Part shown: piece by piece, positions 56,329 through 64,000 of the stretch
How the letters are laid out: the number at the start of each line of letters is the position of its first letter
Position numbering within the stretch: the stretch's first letter is position 1
Source: an uncultured Verrucomicrobiae bacterium
Lineage (GTDB): Bacteria; Verrucomicrobiota; Verrucomicrobiia; Chthoniobacterales; Chthoniobacteraceae
Direction: 5' to 3'
DNA length: 64,000 bases
NCBI GenBank assembly: GCA_963828525.1
Contig: CAWHEP010000002.1
Location: 539,115-603,114 of the forward strand
Notes under the pieces: model-generated
Databases searched by the model: none
What the model saw: the letters and a program-made list of their open reading frames with translations, nothing else
What the model was told of the DNA's origin: nothing
Translations under genes and position numbers: made by a program

Positions 56329-57435
56329 CTGATCAGTGCGCTGGCGGTTGCGGGATTGAGGCTGATGTTCGACTGCACCGGCTGCGCGTTCGAGGCGGCC
56401 GAGCGCGCGCCCTCGTTGGCCGCCACGGTGCGCACGAAGGTGCTGACGATCAGCTTGGTGAAATCGCCCAGGCGCTCCCACGGGCTGTTTGGCATCCAGA
56501 CGATGTCCCGCGGTTCCAGCACAAGGTTCGGCGCCTTGCCGGCCAGGATGTCGCGGATATTCACCGTCGCCACCTGGGGCGAATTCAACGAGCCGCGGAT
56601 GATGACCGCGCGCTGCGCGTATGCATTCGGCAGCAGGCCCTTGGCGTTCGCGATGGCGCTGATGATCGTGACCTGATCCGAAAACCCGACGGCTTGCGGC
56701 TGCTTGACCGCGCCCGAGCACGTAGACCTCCTCGGACAGCGAGGAGGGAAGGTAAAGGTAGTCGCCGTTCTGCAGATAGACATTCTGCGAGAGATCGCCC
56801 TCGCGCAGCAGTTTGTTGAAATCGACCGGCATGAACTCGCCGTTGCGCACCAGGAAGCTGTGGCGCAGATCGGCCAGCTCCTCCGTGCTGCCGCTGAAGC
56901 GGGAGCTGAACAGCCCGCCTGCGCGGGTAATGGCCTCGATGACCGTCATCGGCTTGTCCAGCGGGTAAAGGCCGGGGGTATTGACCCGGCCCAGCACCCA
57001 GACGCGCTGGCTTTCGATGTGGCGCAGGGTAATGGAGACCTGCGGGCTTTTGTAAAATTCCTTGAGCCCGCTTTCGATGGACGTCTTCAACTCCGGCACC
57101 GTCATTCCCTCCGCCTTGATCCCGGCCAGGATGTGGTAGTAGAGCATCCCGTCCGGCAGGACCGGGCAGACCTGGCGGGTATCGGCCGAGTTGCAGCAGT
57201 TCGATGTCGAGCTTGTCGCCCGCGCCGAGGTGGAAATCGGTCTTGGGCGGCTGCAGATCCTCCGGCGGGATCGTCTTGCCGAGCGCCACCGTCAGGAAAT
57301 TTGCGGAGCTGGCCTGCAGCGGCGCGGAGCGCGTTCTTCGGCTTTTTCAGGTGCGAGTGAAACCACAGGTCTGCGCGCCCGTGCGCCGGCAGCAGGGCAG
57401 CGCGCCAGCAGAAGGAAGAGGAGGCGGGCCTTCAT
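56323..57435 (-). CDS. Polysaccharide export protein (Wza/SLBB repeats); frameshifted
   Basis: LGAGD.L.I, PDG, VLGRV.TPG.Y, AGG, LQNGD, LEPRDIV. Confidence 0.88.
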
Positions 57436-57437
57436 GG

Positions 57438-58403
57438 TTACTTGATGGAGGCGAAGATGGGCCGGGTGATGAACGGCCCCACGTTGGCGCCCGTCCAGGT
57501 GGTGACGGCGGTTTGCGCGAAGGCGCTCACGGCGGATTCCAGCAGCTCTTCGGCAAAAATCCACGGGCGGGAATTCACGAAGACGATGTCCTTGGGCTGC
57601 AGGAGGAAGTCGGGCTGCTTGCCTTTCAGAATATCGTTCGTATTCACGACGAAGAGCTGCGGCTTTTGCAGCGAGCCCCGCACCACCAGCACTTTTTCGC
57701 GGTAGGCCGCCTTGGTGTAGCCGCCGCGCCGCGAGATGGCGCCGAGCACCGTGAGCTTGGAGGTGAAGCCCTGCACGCCCGGGTCCGAGACCTCGCCCAG
57801 CATGTAGACCTCGGCGGTCACGTTCGAGGGGAAGTAAAGGTAATCGTCCGGCTCCAGTTCGACATTCTGGCTCATGTCCCCCTCGTAAAAGAGCTTCTGG
57901 AAATCGACCTTCATCCGCTTTTGGTGCCGGATCAAAAAGGCGCGTTCCAGATCGGCCAGTTCCACCGTGTTCTGCTCGAAAAGACCGGTCTCCATGCCGC
58001 GCGAGCGCGCCACCGCCTCCAGGATGGTGATGGGGTGGTCCATCGGGAAAGCGCCGTTATCCACCACCTTGCCGAGGATGTAGTATTTTTTGCTGCGCAA
58101 CTCCGTGGGAGAAATCATGACGCGCGGCTGCTTGTAAAAGGCGGACAGGGCTTTCTGGATGGTGGCGCGCAACTCGTCGACGGTGAGGCCTTCCGCCTTC
58201 ACGTTCTGCGCCTGGAGGTAGGTAATGGTTCCGTCCGGCTGCACGAAGACCTGCCCGCGCGCCAGATCCGGATGGCCGTAGAGCCCGAAATCCAGGATAT
58301 CGCCCGGTCCCAGGGTGTAGCGATCGCGCCAGGAAGGAGTGGCGGCGGCCAGACCTTGGGCCAGCGCCACGCACCAAAGCAGCAGGTAAAGTGCGCGCCT
58401 CAT
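57438..58403 (-). CDS. Second polysaccharide export protein (Wza/SLBB repeats)
   Basis: Signal peptide; YTLGPGD, VQPDG.I, LGKV, LEPDD, LGEV..PG, LQPKDIV. Confidence 0.9.
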   Translation of the reverse strand: MRRALYLLLWCVALAQGLAAATPSWRDRYTLGPGDILDFGLYGHPDLARGQVFVQPDGTITYLQAQNVKAEGLTVDELRATIQKALSAFYKQPRVMISPTELRSKKYYILGKVVDNGAFPMDHPITILEAVARSRGMETGLFEQNTVELADLERAFLIRHQKRMKVDFQKLFYEGDMSQNVELEPDDYLYFPSNVTAEVYMLGEVSDPGVQGFTSKLTVLGAISRRGGYTKAAYREKVLVVRGSLQKPQLFVVNTNDILKGKQPDFLLQPKDIVFVNSRPWIFAEELLESAVSAFAQTAVTTWTGANVGPFITRPIFASIK

Positions 58404-60385
58404 GTTACCAGCTGGTGCCAGGGGATATCTCCCACCGCGATGACTCCGGCGGCCCGGCCCACGCCGTTCTTCAGCAGTTCGCCCTGGGTTTTCCAGAAAC
58501 GATCCTTCTCCGCGTGCAGCCGCACGAGGACGAGAGGCTCCCGGCCGCAGGCGACCAGGGTGGTGAAAGGCTCGTGCAACTCGCTCGCGACGCGGATCCA
58601 GATTTCCTCGCCGCGCCGCGCATCCTCGCGCAGCCGGGCGGCAAACTGGCGCGTTTCCGCCAGGGAAAACGTCTCCGCATCGACTCGCTCGATCTTCAGG
58701 GCCGGTCCGTGGGCAACGGTGCAGCGGCTGCTGGCCGCAATCGATGACCCGCAAGCCCGGCAGGAGGCGCTCTGCGCGCTCGAAGAGCAAGGCCCAGAAG
58801 GCATCCTCCTCCGGCCCGGGCGAGGGCGACCAAAGAACGCGCGGGCATGCCGCTGTTTGGATTCGCTGCCGATCCACCGCGCCCAGATGGCGGCTCCGCA
58901 GTCGGCATCCGGCCCGCTCTTTTCGAAGGCGGCCAGCAGCGGGGCATCGAAGGCGCGCGAGGCCTCGCCGCCGGCGTGCGCAGGGTGGAATCGGTGAACT
59001 CGAGGCCGAGGGCCAGCAGCAGGGCCATGCAGAAGCAGAAGATGCCGCCCGCCGCGGTAAAGATGAGCCGCCTTCGGCCAGCGCGGCCGTGCTTGACCAC
59101 GCGATCCACGCTGGCGGGCGCGAAAACGATGTAATAACCCGGCGCGTTTTCATCGAACAAAGTCGCCTCGCGCAGGCGGCTGTAGAGGAGATTGCGCGCC
59201 GTCTGGAGCGACTGGCGCCGCATGCTGAGCTGGGCGAAAGCCGCCGCTTTTTCCGGGATGCCGTTGAGTTTTTCCCGCTCCTGGTCCCGCATTTTCTCCA
59301 GTTCCTCCTTCTGGCGCACCAGGCCCTTTTTCTCGCTCTGGTACTGGACGTAATCGAGGTAGAGCGTGTTGCCCAGGAAGGTGCCGGCGAAGCTGGAGGC
59401 ATCGGAGCTGGGGTTCGCGGCCGCGGCCTGCAACTGCGTCTCCAGGCCGTGCACGGCGTCCAGCTTTTCCACGATGAGCGGGTTCTGATCTGTGTAAGAG
59501 GGAGCGAAGGGAATCGAGCTCGCGTCTGCGCGGTGTGCAGCTTGTCGGCGAGCGGGCTTTGGCGGCGCAGCTCGGATTCCACGTCGGAAATCTTGAAATC
59601 GATCGATTCCAGGTCGATGCGCGCCGCCTCGTATTTCAGGTCGAGGTCGCCCGAGCGAGCGCAGGTAGGCGTCGATCTGCTTGTCGGCATCCACCAGGTT
59701 TTCCATGCCGCGAGAAATCGAGGATCTCATTATTCACCTTCTGCAGATCGGCGTCGGTTTCATCGACCTGGTGCTGCAGGAACTGCCGCATCTCGTGGCT
59801 CTCCTGCGCCTGGAGATCGCGCGTGAACTGGACCACTTCATTCCCCCAGAGATTCGCCAGATCGACCGTGCTTTGCGCGCTGTCGGAAGCCGGAGAGGGT
59901 GAGGAAGACGAATTCCGTGTTCCGCATTTCCTTCACCTCCATGTCTCCCGCCAGCGACTCCGCATCGATCTTGGGGTTGGATTTGTCGGCCACGAGCTGG
60001 ATGACCGGGGGGCCATGGCGACTCCGACCAGCGTGCCGGCGGTCAATTCATGCGGGCGGAAGGACTCGCCCACCTCGCTCACGCGGAAAGAGGAGGGGGT
60101 TTCCCGTTTGATCAACTGCACGGTGGCGAGGTAGCGCGTTTTCGACTTGAGGAGGCCCGGCGGTCCCGCCGAGGGCCACTCCGCGGCAGAGGGCGAGCGC
60201 CAGCCAGCGGCGGCGCTTCCAGAGTGCCGCCTGCGAGCCGCCAGGGGTCGATGGGCAAAGCGCGGACGAGCCCTCTTCTTTTTCCGGCTCGGCCGGCGCG
60301 GAGGCCGCCGCGGTGAGATCCCGGCGGCAGAGGGGCGGCCGGGGGACGCGCAAGTTGCGCGGCGGCGGGCGCAGCTTTCGTCCAT
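58400..60385 (-). CDS. Wzc/GumC-like polysaccharide co-polymerase; frameshifted
   Basis: N-terminal TM (RRWLAL..G), long coiled coil with YTDQNP, second TM..D.TLRT, degenerate cytoplasmic tail. Confidence 0.72.
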
Positions 60386-61293
60386 TCACTGACTCGCATG
60401 GAAGGTTCCTGGCGTGCTCATGAGTGAGCCGGGCGCGAGTTCGGGCATGGGCTGGTGGCGGCGCAAATCCTCCACCACGGAATAGACGTGGGCGGCGCCG
60501 ACGCCGGGCGCGCCCATGGGCGCGCGCCGTTTCCAGGCAGAGCTTGGCCAGGCGGTTGATTTCCCGGGCCACGCCCTGGCTGGCCTCGAAGAGCAACGCC
60601 TGCGCGCCGGCGCTCGAAAAAGATCGCCCGTGGCATGGCCGGCGGAGAGGAGGCGATGGCGCAGGTAGGCCGCCGTGTCCCCGCGCATCCAGCGGGCGCA
60701 GGTGAAAGCGGAGGCTGATGCGCTGATCCAGCGCGGGAAGGCGCCCGACCAGTTCGCGAAGCTCGGGCTGGCCGATGAGGATGATGGTCAGCCGGCCGGC
60801 GCCTTCGTCGTTCAGGTTGGAAAATCGTTTCAGGTTCGACGAGCGTTTCCGGGCTCATGTCCTGGGCTTCGTCGAAGATCAGCACCAGCTGCTGGCCCGC
60901 GGTCCGCGGCCAGTTCCCGGAGCCGCGCGCGCGCGGCTTCATAGACGGCGAAGCGGGCTGGCCGAGGCGGGCGGCACTTCGCCCCAGCCCGTTTCCTCCA
61001 GCATGCGGCGCAGGTAATCCTCGAAGCTCGAAGTAGGAATTCTCGAACTGCACGAGGCAATGCCGGGCGTCGTCGATCTGCGCGGCAAAGACCTGCCGGG
61101 TCATCGATTTCCCGCAGCCGATCTCGCCCGTGAGCATGCCGAGATACATGGTCTGCTCATCCACGAGATAGCTGAGGCGGGCCAGCGCCTCCTCGTGCGC
61201 GCGGCTTTGGAAATAGAAACGCGCGTCCGTGACCGGCTCGAAGGGACGCTCGCGCAGGCCCCAGTATTCCAGGATGGAAGGTGTCGCGCTCAT
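60386..61293 (-). CDS. ExeA-family AAA ATPase; frameshifted
   Basis: WGLRERPF, HEEALARL, TGEIGCGKS, IFDEAQ, LIGQPEL, QRI, GVAREINRL. Confidence 0.9.
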
Positions 61294-62436
61294 TTTGCGG
61301 CCGCCTCCTCGTAGAGCGCGCAGACGGCCCGCGCGGTTTTGTCCCAGGAAAAGGCGCCCGCGCGCCGCAAGCCCCGCGCCCGCCAATCCGCGGCGGCGGC
61401 GGCGATCGTGGGCCAGTTCCGCCAGCGCTTCCGCCATATCGGCGGGGGAAAGGGGATCGACCACGCGGGCGGCATCGCCCACCACCTCGCCCAGCGAGCC
61501 GCACACCGAGGAGATGACCGGGCAGCCGGAAGCCATCGCCTCGATGGGAGGCAGGCCGAAGCCTTCGAACAGGGAGGGATACACCATGGCCGCGGCGCCG
61601 GCGTACCAGAGGGGAAGATCGTCGTTGCCCACGAAACCGAGCGCGCGGATGCGCCCGCGGCAAGGCGAGGCGGCGATGCGCTCGTGGATGACCTCCGCGC
61701 CATGCCAATCCGCCCCGCCCAGCAGCAACTCGTGCGGCGAGGAGGGGTGCTGCGCGCAAAAGCTCTCGAAGGCCTCGATGAGCCGCACATGATTTTTCCC
61801 GGGATGCTCGAGCCGCGCCAGGTAGATGAAATAAGGCAGCGTCTGCCCCAGGCGCTCGAGGCCCGCGCTCACTTCCGCCGCCGGGCGCGAGGCGGAACGT
61901 CTCGTGGTCGATCCCGTTCCAGATGACATGGCCCTCCGGCAGGCTCAACCCGAAGTAGCGCTCGATGTCGCTGGCCGTGGCGTGGCTCACCGTGCTCACC
62001 AGATCGGCGTGGCGCGCCAGGCCGCGCACCACGTGCTTGCCGTAAAACATGCGGGCGGCATCGTACTTTCCGCGCACGGCGAAGGCGGCGAGATCGTGAA
62101 TGGTCACGACCTGCGGGCAGGGCGGCCCGGCCACGATGCGGCGGTAGCTGGGCACGTGCAGCACGTCGATCTTCTCGCGGCGCAGCACCGCGCGCAGTTC
62201 CGTCTGGTGCCAGAGCACATTGCGCACGGCCGGGCCGGCAGGCTTCCGGACGCCGGCACCCAGCGGCAGCGGTCCAGCCAGCGGGCGAAAAGCGGCTTGT
62301 CCTCCGCCAGGCCGAGCAGGGTGAGCTCGATGCCGGCATTGATGCGCCGGAGGCCGTCCAGCAGGCCGAAGACATAGGTGGCAACACCGGAGCGGCCGCG
62401 CTGGATGACGGAAGTGGAGAGCCCCACGGACATCAT
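61290..62436 (-). CDS. Glycosyltransferase family 4; frameshifted
   Basis: SGVATY, VVTIHDL, TVS..T..D, KN..RLI, YPSLFEGFGLPPIEAMASG, EVVGDAA, FSW. Confidence 0.92.
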
Positions 62437-63894
62437 GCGGCTTGCACCCCCATGACGGTATGCAGATTGGCCAGCGTGATGACGTTGCGGACATTTGCCG
62501 GCGGATCGAGCAGCACGAACGAGCCCTGCATACGGCGCTGGCTCAGCTTCAGGGATTTGACGAGCAGGCCCAGGCCGCAACTGTCGATGAAGGCGACTTC
62601 GCGGAGGTCGAGCTCCAGACGCCGGGCCGAGGGCGCCTGCTCCCAGGCCGAGTAGATCAGCGGTCTCGCAATTCTCCACCGTGGCCACCGTCACATCGCC
62701 GGACAAGGCGACCGTGACCGTTTCCGTGCCGGCATCGAAGGCGGCATGCTCGACATGGCCGGGAGCGTTGCGCTGGAGCAGGGTGATGTAGTTCCTCCTC
62801 GTTGGCCGCCACGGGGATGAGGCGGTCCATTTTCAAAAGCGAAAGCAATTGCCGCACCGGCTCGCTGGGATTGAGCAGCACGAAGGCCGTGCCCATTTGC
62901 TTGCACAGGCGAAAGGTGCGGATGAAAAGCCCCAGCCCGGTGCTGTCCATGAACTCGACGCCCGAGCAATCGAGCACCAGCTCGCGCTGCCCGGCTTGCG
63001 GGCGTGATGGCCTGCACGGCGCCGGACTCCACGGCGGCGGCATCCACGCGGCCGTGCCAGTAGATAATGGTCGGTATGCCCACGGGGCTCCCCGCGGGTT
63101 CCAAAGGTGCGGCGCGGCGTGCGGCGCTCGCGGCAGCAGGATCCGCTGGCGCCGCGAGCACGCGGGCGAAAAAAAGAAAATCGAAGCAGTAGCGGGTGAA
63201 GAGGCGCTTGGGCTCCTGCATGAGCCGCACGACCCACTCCAGCCCGCAGACCCGCATCCAGACGGGCGCGCGGCGGAATTTTCCGGCGATGAAATCAAGG
63301 CTGGCTCCGATGCCGATGCTGACCGGCACGCCCAACTCGCGGTAGTTCATGTAAATCCATTTTTCCTGCTTCGGGCAGCCCATGGCCACCAGCAGCAGGT
63401 CCGGCTTCGCCTCGCGGATGCGGCGGAAGATCTCCGTGTTATCGATCTCGAGCAGCCGGGCATAAGGCGGCGCGTACGTGCCGCAGATGTTCAGGGCCGG
63501 GTATTGCTCCCGGCATTTGCGGGCCGCTTCCTCCAGCACTTCGTCGGAGGAGCCCGAGGAAAAAGAGCCGGTGGCCGCGTTCGGCGGCGCGCGCGAAAAG
63601 GTGCGGCATCATATCCGAGCCCGCCACCCGCTCGCGCAGGGGAGCGCCCAGCCAGCGCGAGGCCCAGACCAGCGGGGTGCCGTCGCAGAGCACCAGTTCC
63701 GCATCGAAAAGAATCCGCTGCAGTTCCACGTCCTGGCTGGCCTGCGCGGCGAAATCGAGATTGGCCGTGGCGAGGTAACCCGGCGTCCGCGCCGCGATCA
63801 AGGCGTCGATGCGGTCGAGCGTCTCCCCCATCGTCACATCGTGGAAGGGCACCCCGAGCAGGATGGCGAGACGGGTATTGTCTTTACGCGGCAT
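62433..63894 (-). CDS. WecB/TagA/CpsF glycosyltransferase fused to two STAS domains; frameshifted
   Basis: TANLDF, DG.PLVWAS, RVAGSD, MGCPKQEKW, RRAP.W....LEW..RL..EP.RL..RY; then LDCSGVEFMDSTGLG and LDLREVAFIDSCGLG. Confidence 0.85.
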
Positions 63895-64000
63895 GGGAAA
63901 TCTCCTGGGTGAGGGTTTCGTAAAAATCGGAAAGTTCACGCCCGAGCTGGGCCCAGGTGTAATGCGCCAGCACCTGCTCGCGGCCCACCTCCGCCAGGCG
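63884..64000 (-). CDS. 3' end of another glycosyltransferase (GT4-like), truncated by the window end
   Basis: RLAEVGREQVLAHYTWAQLGRELSDFYETL. Confidence 0.6.
   Translation of the reverse strand, partial: RLAEVGREQVLAHYTWAQLGRELSDFYETLTQEISHAA

Noticed and set aside
57438..59690. Wzc-Wza fusion suggested by a 750 aa ORF
   Set aside because: The part upstream of 58403 drifts in and out of the Wzc frame; Wza has its own start and signal peptide, and Wzc has its own stop at 58400

Overview
GC-rich bacterial chromosome window. I infer Verrucomicrobia (Spartobacteria/Chthoniobacter-like) from the PEP-CTERM protein, the H-X9-DG pseudopilin, the long-form IspG and the style of the outer-membrane barrel. 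Most long genes, including essential ones (dnaE, prs, dxr, ispG), are broken by single-base indels, which points to uncorrected long-read error. Genes were therefore rebuilt across frames and their ends are approximate. Housekeeping blocks: purD; cdsA-dxr-rseP-ispG; prs-rplY-pth-rpsF-ssb; dnaE; PBP1A; two DEAD-box helicases. Main points of interest: (1) a cobalamin riboswitch heading a PEP-CTERM / pseudopilin / DUF6580-like membrane protein operon, a candidate unconventional B12 capture system; (2) a 16 kb exopolysaccharide cluster with a complete partner-switching circuit, in which a WecB/TagA glycosyltransferase is fused to two STAS domains that keep the phosphoacceptor Ser motif; (3) a SAM-I riboswitch heading a ThrC-like enzyme, a MoaD-like sulfur carrier and a NIL protein; (4) a decayed island at 23.2-28.9 kb with tRNA-Pro 3'-end (att-like) remnants, polymorphic-toxin tips, immunity genes and a GH2-uxuA cargo; (5) triple 9-bp direct repeats with 21-bp period upstream of two genes flanking that island, a candidate LytTR regulon; (6) two families of intergenic palindromic repeats and a 164-bp-offset tandem duplication. 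No CRISPR array, rRNA, intact tRNA, integrase or transposase was seen. No database searches were run; family calls rest on motif recognition.
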